Source: Gammaproteobacteria bacterium (GTDB taxonomy: Bacteria > Pseudomonadota > Gammaproteobacteria > Arenicellales > Poriferihabitantaceae). Taken from it: 64,000 nucleotides of DNA. Below, piece by piece: positions 17,889-28,641 of this stretch; within the stretch, counting starts at the first letter, position 1, and every line of letters starts with the position of its first letter. The position numbers and the translations under genes were made by a program. The notes beneath the pieces are model-generated. The model ran no database searches. It was not told the origin of the DNA and saw nothing but the letters and a program-made list of their open reading frames with translations. Location: contig VYFG01000003.1 in the NCBI GenBank assembly GCA_009842505.1, positions 7,691 to 71,690 of the forward strand, given 5' to 3'.

Positions 17889-18782
17889 TCAGGCCGCCCT
17901 GTCCGGCTCCGCCACGGATCCGGATTCCACCCGCTTGAGGTGAATGGGGGCGAACGGTTCGTTCTGCACCATCACCAGGACGTTGTCCCGGCACATTTCC
18001 AGGATCGCCATGAAACAGATCACCATACCGAGACGGCCCTCGTCCGGATCGAACAGGTCCTCGAATCTGAGGAAGCGGTCGTGCTGGAGCCTGTCCAGGA
18101 TCTGGGTCATCTTCTCCCGCACGGTGAGCTTCTCGTGCCCGACGCCGTAATGGCGGTTGTGCACCGAGCGTTCGATGACGTCGCGGAACGCCAGGACCAG
18201 GTCCGTCAGGGTCGCCCGGGGCTCCACCTTCACCGGCGCCGGGTCCTCGAAGTCCGCCGCAACGAGGTAGAGTTCCCGTTCCAGGCGCGGCCGTTCCTCG
18301 ATCTCCCTGGCGGCCTCGCTGAACCGTTCGTATTCCTGCAAGCGCCGGATCAGGGCCACCCGCGGGTCCTCTCCCTCGTCCTCCTCCTCGATGCCGGTTC
18401 TCGGCAACAGCATCCTCGACTTGACTTCCGCCAGTGTGGCCGCCATCACCAGATACTCCGCCGCCAGGTCCAGCCGGAATTGCCGCATGAGTTCCACGTA
18501 CTCCATGTACTGGCGGGTGATCAGGGACACCGGGATGTCGAGGATGTCCAGGTTCTGCTTGCGGATCAAGTACAGCAGGAGATCGAGCGGCCCCTGGAAG
18601 GTCTCGAGAAACACCTCCAGCGCTTCGGGCGGTATGAAAAGATCGTCCGGCAGTTCCTTGAGCGGACTGCCGTTGACCAGGATCGGGGGGGGAGTCTCCC
18701 CTGCCGCCGCGTTGTCCGCCGGTTCGATCACCAGCGATTCCGGGGCGGATGTCTCGTCGGAACCGGGTCCAGGATGATTCAT
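17889..18782 (-). CDS. scpA: Segregation and condensation protein A
   Basis: The ScpA/kleisin pattern FQGPLDLLLYLIRKQNLDILDIPVSLITRQYMEYV is present. The start at MNHPG (18782) is chosen to avoid overlap with trpS; the tracked ORF extends to 18893. Confidence 0.8.
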   Translation of the reverse strand: MNHPGPGSDETSAPESLVIEPADNAAAGETPPPILVNGSPLKELPDDLFIPPEALEVFLETFQGPLDLLLYLIRKQNLDILDIPVSLITRQYMEYVELMRQFRLDLAAEYLVMAATLAEVKSRMLLPRTGIEEEDEGEDPRVALIRRLQEYERFSEAAREIEERPRLERELYLVAADFEDPAPVKVEPRATLTDLVLAFRDVIERSVHNRHYGVGHEKLTVREKMTQILDRLQHDRFLRFEDLFDPDEGRLGMVICFMAILEMCRDNVLVMVQNEPFAPIHLKRVESGSVAEPDRAA

Positions 18783-18813
18783 GTATTCTGGGCTCGATAA
18801 ACGGGCGACGGCA

Positions 18814-20040
18814 TCAGCGGTAGACCGTACCCACCGATTTTCGCACAATTTCCATGGTTTCGCAGGCCTCTGCCCGGGCCCGGCGGTCGCCATCGGCGAT
18901 CACCTCCCGCACGAGGTCGGGATTTTTCTCGTAGGGAAGCGCCCGTTCACGGATGGCCGACTGCTCCTCAAGGACACTTCCGATCAGCGGTTTCTTGCAC
19001 TCAAGGCAGCCGAATGCCGCCTTGCGGCAGCCGTCCTCCACCCAGTCCCTGGTGTCTCGGCTGCTGTAGACCTTGTGGAATTCCCACACGGGGCACTTCT
19101 CCGGCTCCCCCGGGTCCGTGAGCCGCACCCGGGCCGGATCCGTGGGCATCACACGGATGGCCTGTTCCACCCGGGCCGGGTCGTCCCGGAGATAGATGGC
19201 GTTGTCATAGGACTTGGACATCTTCTGCCCGTCCAGGCCCAGCATCTTCGCCGACTCGGTCAGCAGCGCCGCCGGCTCCGGCAGCAGGGTCACGCCCCGG
19301 CCCTCGAGGTAACCCAGCAGGCCATCCTTCCGGGACCGGTCGAGGTTCTGCTGCGCCTCCACCAGGGCCCTTGCCTGCTCCAGGGCTTCCCGGTCGCCCT
19401 GCTCGGTAAAGGCCTGGCGCAGGAGCCGGTAGGTCTTCGCGGCCTTTTTGCCCATCTGCCGGATCGCCGCGGCCATTTCCTCCTCGAATTCGGGACTGCG
19501 GCCGAAGAAATGGTTGAATCGGCGGGCGATTTCCCGGGTCAGTTCCACGTGGGGCACCTGGTCCTCCCCCACGGGGACATGGGCGGCGCGGTACATCAGG
19601 ATATCGGCGGACTGCAGCAGCGGATAGCCGAGGAACCCGTAAGTGGCGAGATCCTTCTCCCGCAGGCGTTCCTGCTGGTCCTTGAAGCTGGGCACACGCT
19701 CCAGCCATCCGAGGGGCGTCACCATGGAAAGCAGGAGGTGCAGTTCCGCGTGTTCGGGCACGTGGGACTGTATGAACAGCGTCGCCTTTTGCGGATCCAC
19801 GCCCGCGGCCAGCCAGTCGATCACCATGTCCCAGACATGGCGGTCCATGGTCTCGGGGTCATCGTAATGGGTGGTCAGGGCGTGCCAGTCGGCGACGAAA
19901 TAGAAACAGCTGTAGTCCTCCTGCATCCGCACCCAGTTGCGCAGGACGCCATGGTAGTGGCCCAGGTGCAGCTTCCCGGTGGGACGCATGCCGGAGAGCA
20001 CGCGCCGGTTGCCCCTGGGGTCCTGTGAATCTGCACTCAT
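18814..20040 (-). CDS. trpS: Tryptophan--tRNA ligase
   Basis: Class I signatures are present: the HIGH-like GKLHLGHYHG and KMSKS. The N-terminal context (VLSGMRPTG) is that of TrpRS. Confidence 0.9.
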   Translation of the reverse strand: MSADSQDPRGNRRVLSGMRPTGKLHLGHYHGVLRNWVRMQEDYSCFYFVADWHALTTHYDDPETMDRHVWDMVIDWLAAGVDPQKATLFIQSHVPEHAELHLLLSMVTPLGWLERVPSFKDQQERLREKDLATYGFLGYPLLQSADILMYRAAHVPVGEDQVPHVELTREIARRFNHFFGRSPEFEEEMAAAIRQMGKKAAKTYRLLRQAFTEQGDREALEQARALVEAQQNLDRSRKDGLLGYLEGRGVTLLPEPAALLTESAKMLGLDGQKMSKSYDNAIYLRDDPARVEQAIRVMPTDPARVRLTDPGEPEKCPVWEFHKVYSSRDTRDWVEDGCRKAAFGCLECKKPLIGSVLEEQSAIRERALPYEKNPDLVREVIADGDRRARAEACETMEIVRKSVGTVYR

Positions 20041-20104
20041 GTCACCGGCTGACGGTATGGGTTGCGGGTTCGGATACGGCAGCGTTTCTGGACGGCGCCT
20101 GCGG

Positions 20105-20734
20105 TCATGCCCGGCCTTCGAACGGGGCGGGGTCGCCCTTGCCGCGGCGAAGCACCTCCGGCAGGCCGCCGGTCAGGTCGACCACCGTGGTGGGCTCGAG
20201 GTCACAGGGCCCTCCATCGATGATCATGTCGATGGCGTGTTCGAGCGTCTCCCTGATCTCCTGCGCGTCGTTCATCGGCAGTTCCGCGCCCGGCAGGATC
20301 AGGGTGGAACTCATCAGCGGTTCATCAAGTTTCGCCAAAAGCTCCGTCACGATTGGAAAGTCCGGGATCCTGAGGCCGATTGTACGACGCCTGGGATGCT
20401 GCAGGCGACGGGGCACTCCCCGGGTGGCCGGGAGGATAAAGGTATAGGGCCCGGGAGTAAAGCGCTTGAGCAGCCGGTAGATCTCGTTGTCGACCCTGGT
20501 GTACAGCGACACCTCGGAAAGATCCCGGCAGACCAGGGTGAAATTGTGGTCGTCCTCCACCCGGCGGATGGAGCGGATCCGGTCCATGGCGTCCTTGTTG
20601 CCGATGGCGCATCCGAGTGCGTAGCTTGAATCGGTGGGATAGGCGATGATGCCCCCCTGGCGCAGGATCGTGACGGACTGGCGGATCAGGCGCCCCTGGG
20701 GGTTCTGGGGGTGGACCTGGAAGAACTGGGCCAT
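20105..20734 (-). CDS. yciO: YciO-type L-threonylcarbamoyladenylate synthase-family protein
   Basis: MAQFFQVHPQNPQGRLIRQSVTILRQGGIIAYPTDSSYALGC...HNFTLVCRDLSE... is colinear with E. coli YciO as I remember it. The start overlaps the pcnB stop (TGATG). Confidence 0.8.
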   Translation of the reverse strand: MAQFFQVHPQNPQGRLIRQSVTILRQGGIIAYPTDSSYALGCAIGNKDAMDRIRSIRRVEDDHNFTLVCRDLSEVSLYTRVDNEIYRLLKRFTPGPYTFILPATRGVPRRLQHPRRRTIGLRIPDFPIVTELLAKLDEPLMSSTLILPGAELPMNDAQEIRETLEHAIDMIIDGGPCDLEPTTVVDLTGGLPEVLRRGKGDPAPFEGRA

Positions 20735-22092
20735 CAGCCGGCCCCTTGGCCGGACACGCGCCGTGCCACGGATCTCCTGCGGGGACGCCGCCTGCGGCCC
20801 TTCCTGCCCGCACCCGGAGCGGTTGCGGGCAGTTGCTGGATCAGCCGTTGCCGGTCCCGGGGCCCCTGGTCCTGGATCCGGGTCCACCAGGCCACGACTT
20901 CCTCGGGGACCTCGCCGATGGCGGCCCGCAGCACCAGGAAATCATAGGCCGCGCGGAAACGCCGGTTTTCCAGCATCGGCTCGATGCTGCGGGGGCGCCG
21001 AAGCTCCAGGTTGCCCTGCATCTGCCAGATCTCGATGGCCTGGCTGCTGACCCGGCGCGGGACCGACACCTGGCGGCACTGCTCGGCGAACACCCGGTCA
21101 CCGGCCCGCCAGATCCGTTCGTTTTGGCCGACCCGGCCCTCCGTCATGCCTTCCAGTTCGATCCGGAAGGGGCGCCACAGGAGGACCGCGTAGAGAAACG
21201 CGGGAATCACCGGCTTGTTCCGGCTGGTCCGCCGATCGGTGTTCTCCAGCGCCTTCAGCACCAGGGTCTCCCAGGTGTCCCCGCCGGGCGCATCGAGTGC
21301 CGCAACCGTCTGGGGAAACAGGATCCCGGCAAACCCGGCGGTGCGCAGCTCCTGCCAACTTGCCACGCCGTGGGAATGGTGGAACAGCTTCAGCACCTCG
21401 TCGAAGAGCCGCGCCGACGGCACGCCGGCAAGCAGCGAACGGTGCCTGACCACCGACTTCATCAGTCCCCGGTCCGGTTCCAGATCGAGTTTCGCCTTGA
21501 ACCGCAATACCCGGAGCATTCGCACCGGATCCTCGGCAAAGCGCTCCGCCGGCTTCCCGATCAGGGACAGGCGGCGCGCACCGATGTCCCCGACGCCCCC
21601 CAGGAAATCCACGATCCGCTCCTTGAGCGGATCGTAGTACAGCGCATTGACCGTGAAGTCCCGGCGCAGCGCATCATCCTCCATGCTGCCGTAGACGTTG
21701 TCGTCCAGGAGCCGGCCCTCCTCGGTGGTTCTCGGCGCGTCGCGGCGCCTGCCTTTCTTCCAGGGCAGCCATGTTTCCCGGGCGGCGGCCGGGTTCGCCC
21801 GGTAGGTGGCCACCTCGATCACTTCCCGTCCGAAGCGCACGTGCACCAACCGGAACCGCCGGCCGATGATCCGGGCACGGCGGAAGATTCCCCGGACCTC
21901 CTCCGGGGTGGCGTCCGTCGTGACGTCGAAGTCCTTCGGCTGCATGCCGAGCAGCAGGTCCCGGACACAGCCCCCCACGAGGTAGCCGTTGTATCCGGCG
22001 TCCTGCAGGCCCCGGACAACGTCCAGCGCGGCGCGGCTGATCCGGTGCCGGTCGAAACCGAAATCAGCGGCTGAATGGTAGGTGGGCTTCAA
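20734..22092 (-). CDS. pcnB: Poly(A) polymerase I
   Basis: The nucleotidyltransferase core is present (GYNGYLVGGCVRDLLLGMQPKDFDVTTDATPEEV...RLVHVRFG), with an Arg-rich C-terminus. Confidence 0.85.
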   Translation of the reverse strand: MKPTYHSAADFGFDRHRISRAALDVVRGLQDAGYNGYLVGGCVRDLLLGMQPKDFDVTTDATPEEVRGIFRRARIIGRRFRLVHVRFGREVIEVATYRANPAAARETWLPWKKGRRRDAPRTTEEGRLLDDNVYGSMEDDALRRDFTVNALYYDPLKERIVDFLGGVGDIGARRLSLIGKPAERFAEDPVRMLRVLRFKAKLDLEPDRGLMKSVVRHRSLLAGVPSARLFDEVLKLFHHSHGVASWQELRTAGFAGILFPQTVAALDAPGGDTWETLVLKALENTDRRTSRNKPVIPAFLYAVLLWRPFRIELEGMTEGRVGQNERIWRAGDRVFAEQCRQVSVPRRVSSQAIEIWQMQGNLELRRPRSIEPMLENRRFRAAYDFLVLRAAIGEVPEEVVAWWTRIQDQGPRDRQRLIQQLPATAPGAGRKGRRRRPRRRSVARRVSGQGAG

Positions 22093-22190
22093 GTATGATG
22101 ATGGAGGGAGATGGCCGTGGCCCGGCCGGGGGCGGGCGTATTATATACGCTTGATGCGCCGAGGGGTTCCGGTGGTTCCCCGGTGTGGAC

Positions 22191-22221
22191 GGGCCGGCGC
22201 CTCCGGGGAGTGCGCCGGCCC
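22191..22221 (-). terminator. Strong GC hairpin immediately downstream of acnB (putative terminator)
   Basis: A perfect 10-bp stem GGGCCGGCGC/GCGCCGGCCC (22191-22200 pairing with 22212-22221) with an 11-nt loop begins 5 nt after the acnB stop. There is no clear U-tract. Confidence 0.4.
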
Positions 22222-22225
22222 TTGA

Positions 22226-24811
22226 TCAGTGCGCGAACTGCTGGTCGGGTACCACCGAGTCCGCCGCGCGCTGGTAGTGGTCGATCTCGTTGAAATTCAG
22301 GTAGCGGTACACTTCCGCCGCCATGGTGTTGAGTTCGGCAGCCACCTCCATGTACTCGTCCACCGAGGGCAGCCGCCCGAGCACGCCCGCCACGGCGGAC
22401 AGTTCGGACGAGGCGAGGTACACGTTGGCATCCTTGCCGAGCCGGTTGGGGAAGTTCCGCGTGGAGGTGGACACGACGGTGGCGTTGTCCGCCACTCGGG
22501 CCTGGTTGCCCATGCACAGGGAGCAGCCGGGCGGCTCCACGCGCGCGCCCGCCCTGGCATAGACCGCGTACCAGCCCTCCTCCACGAGTTGTGCCTGGTC
22601 CATCTTGGTGGGCGGAACGATCCACATCCGGGTCGGAATCACCTGGCCCATCTTGTCCAGCAGCTTACCGGCGGCGCGGAAGTGGCCGATGTTGGTCATG
22701 CAGGAACCGATGAACACCTCGTCCACCTCATCCCCCGCTACCTCGGACAGCAGCCTGGCGTCGTCCGGGTCGTTGGGTGCGCACAGGATCGGCTCGGTGA
22801 TCTCGTCGAGGTTGATCTCGATCACCTCGACGTACTCCGCGTCGGGATCCGCCTCCAGCAGTTCCGGGTTGTCCAGCCACGCCTCCATGGCGGCGATCCG
22901 CCGCTCCATGGTGCGTCGGTCACCGTATCCCTCGCTGATCATCCAGCGCAGCATCACGATGTTGGAGGTGATGTACTCGATGATGGGTTCCCGGTTCAGC
23001 TTGATGGTGCAGCCGGACGCCGAGCGCTCCGCGGAGGCATCGGCGATCTCGAACGCCTGCTCGATTTTCAGGTCCGGCAGTCCCTCGATCTCCAGGACCC
23101 GCCCGGAAAAGATGTTCTTCTTGTCCTTTTTCTCCACCGTGAGGAGGCCCTTCTGGATCGCCGCGTAGGGGATGGCGTGCACGAGGTCCCTGAGGGTGAT
23201 GCCCGGCTGCATGGTGCCGGTGAACCGGACCAGTACCGACTCCGGCATGTCCAGCGGCATCACGCCGGTGGCCGCCGCGAAGGCAACCAGGCCCGAGCCC
23301 GCCGGGAAGGAGATGCCGATGGGGAACCGGGTATGGGAGTCGCCGCCGGTGCCCACGGTGTCCGGCATCAGCATCCGGTTCATCCAGGAATGGATGATGC
23401 CGTCCCCCGGCTTGAGCGAAACACCGCCCCGGTCCATCATGAAGTCGGGAAGGCTGTGATGGGTCTGGATGTCCACCGGCTTCGGGTAGGCCGAGGTATG
23501 GCAGAACGACTGCATCACCAGGTCCGCCTGGAAGCCCAGGCAGGCGAGGTCCTTGAGTTCGTCCCGGGTCATGGGTCCGGTGGTGTCCTGGGAGCCCACG
23601 GTGGTCATGCGGGGCTCGCAATACTGGCCGGGACGCACCCCCGGCAGGCCGCAGGCCTGGCCCACCATCTTCTGCGCCAGGGTGAATCCCCTGTCGGTGT
23701 CCCTGGGCGGCTCCGGCTTGCGGAAGACATCGCTTTCCGGCAGACCCAGGGCTTCCCGGGCCCGGGCGGTCAGTCCGCGTCCGATGATCAGGTTGATCCG
23801 TCCGCCCGCGCGGACCTCGTCCAGCAGGACGTCGGTCTTGAGACTGAAGGTGCTGATCTCCTCGTCGGTGCCGTGACGGCAGACCCTGCCCTCGTAGGGA
23901 TAGACATCGATCACGTCCCCCATCTCCATCCGTGACACGTCCATCTCGATGGGCAGGGCGCCGGAATCCTCCATGGTGTTGAAGAATATGGGCGCGATCT
24001 TGCCGCCGAAACAGTAGCCCCCGGAGCGCTTGTTGGGAATGCCCGGCACATCCTCCCCGGTGTACCACAGGACGGAATTGGTCGCCGACTTGCGCGATGA
24101 TCCCGTACCCACCACGTCACCCACGTAGGCCACGGGGTGGCCCCCTTCCTTCAGCTCCGCGAGCTTCTCCAGCGGCCTGTCGGTGAGCCCTTCGCGCGGG
24201 TTCTTCAGCATGGCCAGCGCGTGCAGGGGGATGTCGGGCCTCGACCAGGCGTCCGGCGCGGGAGACAGGTCGTCGGTGTTGGTCTCCCCGGGCACCTTGA
24301 AGACCGTGACGGTGATCTTCTCCGCCACCCCGGGGGCGTTCAGGAACCATTCCGCGTCGGCCCAGGATTGGATGACTTTCCCGGCGTGGGTGTTCCCCGC
24401 GTCGGCCTTTTCCTTGACGTCGTAGAAGGCGTCGAACATCAGCAGCGTGCGGGACAGGGCCGCCGCCGCCTCGTCGGCGGTCACCTCGTCGTCCAGCGCC
24501 TCGACCAGCGGGGCGATGTTGTAGCCGCCGTGCATCTCGCCGAGCATGTCCACCGCCAGTTCCCGATCCACCAGCGGCGATTCGGCCTCGCCCCTGAGGA
24601 CGGCGGCCAGGAAGGCCGCCTTGATGTAGGCCGCCTGGTCGACCCCCGCGGGAACCCGGTTGCGGATCAGGTCAAGAAGCATGTCCTCCCGTCCCGGGGG
24701 CGGCGCCTTCAGCAGCTCCACCAGCGCGGAGACCTGCTCCGGGTCCAGGGGTTTGGGAACGATGCCGAGTTCGGCGCGCTCGGCGACGTGTTTTTCGTAG
24801 GATTCCAGCAA
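22226..24811 (-). CDS. acnB: Aconitate hydratase B / 2-methylisocitrate dehydratase
   Basis: A TTG start at 24811 (AGAGG 6 nt upstream) gives (M)LESYEKHVAERAELGIVPKPLD..., matching the E. coli AcnB N-terminus MLEEYRKHVAERAAEGI. The protein is about 861 aa. The tracked ORF extends 54 codons further upstream. Confidence 0.9.
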   Translation of the reverse strand: MLESYEKHVAERAELGIVPKPLDPEQVSALVELLKAPPPGREDMLLDLIRNRVPAGVDQAAYIKAAFLAAVLRGEAESPLVDRELAVDMLGEMHGGYNIAPLVEALDDEVTADEAAAALSRTLLMFDAFYDVKEKADAGNTHAGKVIQSWADAEWFLNAPGVAEKITVTVFKVPGETNTDDLSPAPDAWSRPDIPLHALAMLKNPREGLTDRPLEKLAELKEGGHPVAYVGDVVGTGSSRKSATNSVLWYTGEDVPGIPNKRSGGYCFGGKIAPIFFNTMEDSGALPIEMDVSRMEMGDVIDVYPYEGRVCRHGTDEEISTFSLKTDVLLDEVRAGGRINLIIGRGLTARAREALGLPESDVFRKPEPPRDTDRGFTLAQKMVGQACGLPGVRPGQYCEPRMTTVGSQDTTGPMTRDELKDLACLGFQADLVMQSFCHTSAYPKPVDIQTHHSLPDFMMDRGGVSLKPGDGIIHSWMNRMLMPDTVGTGGDSHTRFPIGISFPAGSGLVAFAAATGVMPLDMPESVLVRFTGTMQPGITLRDLVHAIPYAAIQKGLLTVEKKDKKNIFSGRVLEIEGLPDLKIEQAFEIADASAERSASGCTIKLNREPIIEYITSNIVMLRWMISEGYGDRRTMERRIAAMEAWLDNPELLEADPDAEYVEVIEINLDEITEPILCAPNDPDDARLLSEVAGDEVDEVFIGSCMTNIGHFRAAGKLLDKMGQVIPTRMWIVPPTKMDQAQLVEEGWYAVYARAGARVEPPGCSLCMGNQARVADNATVVSTSTRNFPNRLGKDANVYLASSELSAVAGVLGRLPSVDEYMEVAAELNTMAAEVYRYLNFNEIDHYQRAADSVVPDQQFAH

Positions 24812-25082
24812 GATAGGCCTCTGGGAGTCTGATGGCCGGGTCGGGGTACGCCCTTTCCCCGGATTCCTGTCAATCTCGGATTCCGCCCGCCGTTGTCCGC
24901 CGGCGGAACCACCACTAATAGGGCAATATTCTACCCGAACGGCAGATGCGGGAGCATGGGCCATTGGGACCATGCCCTGCGCATGCAGGGGACGAACCGG
25001 TTACCTTGTTCATTCTGACTGCCGGAACCGGCAGGAGTTCACCGGGGAAGTAAGGGCGGATCCTGTTGCCGGCACCGGGGCC

Positions 25083-26369
25083 TTACCGGTCAGAGACCGT
25101 GGGCATGACATTGCGGGTGTCCTCGCCTCCCTGGGCAGTGCCGAGGGGGACCAGGCTGCCGGTGGGTTCCTTCCGGGCGTCCCCGTCCCCCGCCAGGACC
25201 TTGAAGCCCTGCCGGTAGGTGGCCAGGGCGGTTTCGGATTCACCCATCTGCTCGAGCAGGTCCCCGAGGGCGGCAACCGCCTCCGCGTCCCCGGTTTCGG
25301 ACACCACCTGCGTCAACAGGTCCCTGGACTGGTCCAGTTGGTTATCTCGCCAGTACAGCCTTGCCAGGGAAAGCATCAGGTCGGGGTCCTGCTCACGCCC
25401 CTTGCCCCAGAAATTCAGCAGGCTGATCTGGTCGGCGACGTTCCGGGTCTCCAGGGTACCGTAGAGCCTGATCAGATCACCGTTCCACCCGCGGTTCAGC
25501 GTCCTGCGCAATACCGTCTCGGCCCGGCCGTCCTCGCCGTCCCGGATCAGCTGGCGGGCATAACCGGCCACCGCCGCCGGGTCCTCGCGGCTCCTTTTCG
25601 GCAGCGCCTTGTAGGTTTCGTCCACCCGTGAGCCGTTGCCCTGGAGCAACGCCGGGGCCTCCAGGTGCCGGGAAAGCGCCTGTGCTTCGCGGCGCTCCAG
25701 TTCCTCCTCCGGAAAGACCTTCAGTTTCCTGAGGGTGGGCAGCAGCTTGACCAGGGACGGCCAGTCGCCTAGGTGGCGGTAGGTGTCCGCCAGAAGGCGC
25801 GCGGCGGCCGGGTTGCGCGGTGCGCCTAGGCGGACATGTTCCAGCTGGTCCCGGGCATTGCCCCACTCGCCCGACTGCATCTGCATCCGGGCCCGGGTCA
25901 GCTTGATGGCCAGTTCCTGCCTGGGATGGGCCTTCAGAGCGGCCTCGATGTGCCTGTTGCGGCGGTCGATGAGCCCCTGCTGCTGGGCGGCATACGCTGC
26001 ACCCAGGTAATTCATCAGCGAGGCCTTGTTGTGCTCCAGGCTGGACAGGAGATTCCCCTCCGCTTCCCGCCAGTCCCCCTCGATCAGGTTTGCGAATCCC
26101 TTCATGGTCACCTGCTGTGCCCCGATCTCCTTCTTGCCGGTGCGCCATTGCCGGATCCGTTTCGGTGCCCGCACCAGTCCCACGATGAAGTTGAGCAACA
26201 GGTACAGGAGCGCGAACAGGACCAGCAGCAGGAGTACCAGTAATGCCATCGGCATCCGCACCGTGTACGGCTCCCGGGAGAGGATCACGTACCCCGGGTC
26301 CTCCATGGCGTACATCCCGAGACCGATGGCGAGTCCAAGGGCAAGGATGATGGCGATGAGGAGTTTCAC
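25083..26369 (-). CDS. hemY: HemY-like heme-biosynthesis-associated TPR membrane protein
   Basis: Two N-terminal transmembrane segments are followed by TPR-like repeats. The gene occupies the last position of the hemCDXY cluster. Confidence 0.75.
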   Translation of the reverse strand: MKLLIAIILALGLAIGLGMYAMEDPGYVILSREPYTVRMPMALLVLLLLVLFALLYLLLNFIVGLVRAPKRIRQWRTGKKEIGAQQVTMKGFANLIEGDWREAEGNLLSSLEHNKASLMNYLGAAYAAQQQGLIDRRNRHIEAALKAHPRQELAIKLTRARMQMQSGEWGNARDQLEHVRLGAPRNPAAARLLADTYRHLGDWPSLVKLLPTLRKLKVFPEEELERREAQALSRHLEAPALLQGNGSRVDETYKALPKRSREDPAAVAGYARQLIRDGEDGRAETVLRRTLNRGWNGDLIRLYGTLETRNVADQISLLNFWGKGREQDPDLMLSLARLYWRDNQLDQSRDLLTQVVSETGDAEAVAALGDLLEQMGESETALATYRQGFKVLAGDGDARKEPTGSLVPLGTAQGGEDTRNVMPTVSDR

Positions 26370-26373
26370 GGTG

Positions 26374-27762
26374 TCAGGCCCCCGGGTTCATGAGGTCGCG
26401 CAGGATGCCGAGGGAGGTAGAAATGTCGGGAATGTCCGGTTTCGGATCGGCGGACTTGAGGCGGGACAGCTGCTCGAGCCAGTGCACTGTCCGGTCATGG
26501 CTGTCGTCGTATCTTTCGCGGATCCACTGTTCCGCCGCCTCCAGCCGGTCCAGGTAGATGCCGTGCTCCTGTCGCATCATCGCCACCTGGGCGCCTTCCA
26601 GGATGAGCTTGCCGCGCTCCACGATCATCTGGCGGATTTCCGGGGACAGCGGGGGGACCAGCGGCTCCCCGTCCTTTTCCACCTGCACCAGGTCGCCGAG
26701 ATCCGCAAGGAACGTCCTGCCGATGTCCAGGATCCGCTCGCCGGTCCCGGCCTCGGCGTTTTCCTGCACGTCACCGTCTGCGGCGGCGGACTGCATGCGC
26801 GCGGCGGGGCCGGCCTGGGACGTGATGCCGCGCATCGGCAGGTCCTCCAGGGTGCGCGAGAGCACGGACAGCGTATGGGTGACCCCGGCATAGTCAGGCG
26901 GCCGGACGCCCTCGAGCGCCGCGATCTCCGCGCTCAAGGCCTCCCGCACCGGCAGGAGCGACGGATCGGGGGACCGGCCCAGCTGCCGTTCGGCAAGCTC
27001 GAGCGCCGCACGGGCACCCTGGACGTCTTGCCCCAGCAGGACGCGCTGGTTTGCGACCACCAGCAGGTGCTCCGCCTGGCGAAGGCCCCAGCGCTCGGTG
27101 CTCATGCCGATTTCCGCCTGAAGTTCGCCGATGGAAGACACCAGGGCATCGAACTCCTGGCGGAATTCGTCGTTGCGCGCCGCAAGCTGGTCCCGGGATT
27201 CCATCAGGGTTGCCTCCATCCCCCTGCGCCCGGTTTCCGCCTCGGTGCGCAATGTCCGGATCTGCTCGATCAGCCGGTCTTCACTGGTGGCCTGCTGCTG
27301 CTTGATCTCGCTGATCTGCCCGAGGAGGGCGGACTCCGAGGTACCCGCCAACTGCCTCACCTGGCGGATCTGCTCCACCAGGCCGTCGACGCCCGCCTGG
27401 GTATCGGCGACTTTGTCGAGACGTTCCTCGACGACCCCGATCCGGCTGTCCTGCTCGCCGCCGGCCAGCCGGGCATTCACCGCGGTCTGGTACCAGGTGT
27501 ACCCGGCTGCAGCCAGCGCAATCACGCTGAGCGCCACCGCTCCCCAGGCAGGCCCGTTGCCCGGTCCGGTTCCCGCCGTCACCGCCGGCGTGCCCCGGGC
27601 TGAACCTGCCGTCCCGGTATTTCCCCCGTTGGGGTCCGGGGAGGTTGTGTTTGTCTCGGCGGGTTGACCGCCTTCCGCAGGTGCGGTGCTGCTCCCTGCC
27701 TCATTCTTACTGTCTGCCAATTGTCTGTCCTTTTGCAGGTTCCAGGTCGGTGTATCCGGCAA
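26374..27762 (-). CDS. hemX: HemX-like membrane protein (annotated in many genomes as uroporphyrinogen-III C-methyltransferase HemX)
   Basis: A low-complexity N-terminus is followed by one transmembrane segment and then a long coiled-coil-like region. The gene lies between hemD and hemY. Confidence 0.7.
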   Translation of the reverse strand: MPDTPTWNLQKDRQLADSKNEAGSSTAPAEGGQPAETNTTSPDPNGGNTGTAGSARGTPAVTAGTGPGNGPAWGAVALSVIALAAAGYTWYQTAVNARLAGGEQDSRIGVVEERLDKVADTQAGVDGLVEQIRQVRQLAGTSESALLGQISEIKQQQATSEDRLIEQIRTLRTEAETGRRGMEATLMESRDQLAARNDEFRQEFDALVSSIGELQAEIGMSTERWGLRQAEHLLVVANQRVLLGQDVQGARAALELAERQLGRSPDPSLLPVREALSAEIAALEGVRPPDYAGVTHTLSVLSRTLEDLPMRGITSQAGPAARMQSAAADGDVQENAEAGTGERILDIGRTFLADLGDLVQVEKDGEPLVPPLSPEIRQMIVERGKLILEGAQVAMMRQEHGIYLDRLEAAEQWIRERYDDSHDRTVHWLEQLSRLKSADPKPDIPDISTSLGILRDLMNPGA

Positions 27763-27846
27763 CTTCAGCCGGAATCTCTAGCCAACATTCGATTGTATTC
27801 ACTTTTCAGACCGGCCACCACCGGCCGGCAGGCCGCCCAGGGATAC

Positions 27847-28641
27847 TCAATCCCTGCCTTGATTTTCTGTGCCGTGGAGCGTCTCCAGTGCCGCCAGGAT
27901 CGCCTCGGAACCGGTGCCTTCGGCCGTCAGGACCGGCCCGCGAAACCCGGCCGCACGGCAGGCCGCCGCCACGCGTTCACTCAGGGTGACCACCGGTCGG
28001 CCGAACAATGCCTGGCCCTCCCTGGCGGGGACGTGGCCAAGCAGGGCATCGAGTATGGCAACGCTGGTCACCAGCAGGATGCCCCGGGGCCGGCCAAGCC
28101 ATTGCGACAGGCGTTCCAGCGGCGGAGACGGGTTGGGCCGGCGCCGGTAGCAGGCAAGCCGGTGCACCCTGGCACCCCGCTTCCGGAGGCCTTCTGCCAG
28201 TGCGTCCCGCCCGGCATCCCCGCTGTAGATCACCACGTCACGACCCGAGACGGGCAACGCGGCAAGCGCCCGAAGGAGCCCCTCGCTGTCATGGCTGTCC
28301 CGGGGCAGGTACTGGACGGCAATGCCCAGATTCTCCAGCGCCCCTTCGGTCGCCGGGCCGATTGCGGCAACCGCCACGTTCCGGGGGAACTGGCCGGAAT
28401 CGGACAGCGTGGCCGCCATTGCCCTCACCGAGTACACGCTGACGAATATCGCCAGGGCGAAGCGGTCGAGCGCCAGGCCGGCGGGACTCAGCATGGCGTC
28501 CGAAGGGAGCAGATCGATCTCAAGAACCGGAAAGCAGATCGCCTCGCCTCCCGCGCCGGCAATTTTTCGCGCCAGTTCGGTGCCCCGGCCCTCGGGCCGG
28601 GTGATCAGGACGCTTGCGCCTTCAAGCGGGCCCGCCGTCAT
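27847..28641 (-). CDS. hemD: Uroporphyrinogen-III synthase
   Basis: The start at [27 protein letters not shown] (28641) overlaps the hemC 3' end by 20 nt. The repeated flavodoxin-like halves typical of HemD are present. Confidence 0.8.
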   Translation of the reverse strand: MTAGPLEGASVLITRPEGRGTELARKIAGAGGEAICFPVLEIDLLPSDAMLSPAGLALDRFALAIFVSVYSVRAMAATLSDSGQFPRNVAVAAIGPATEGALENLGIAVQYLPRDSHDSEGLLRALAALPVSGRDVVIYSGDAGRDALAEGLRKRGARVHRLACYRRRPNPSPPLERLSQWLGRPRGILLVTSVAILDALLGHVPAREGQALFGRPVVTLSERVAAACRAAGFRGPVLTAEGTGSEAILAALETLHGTENQGRD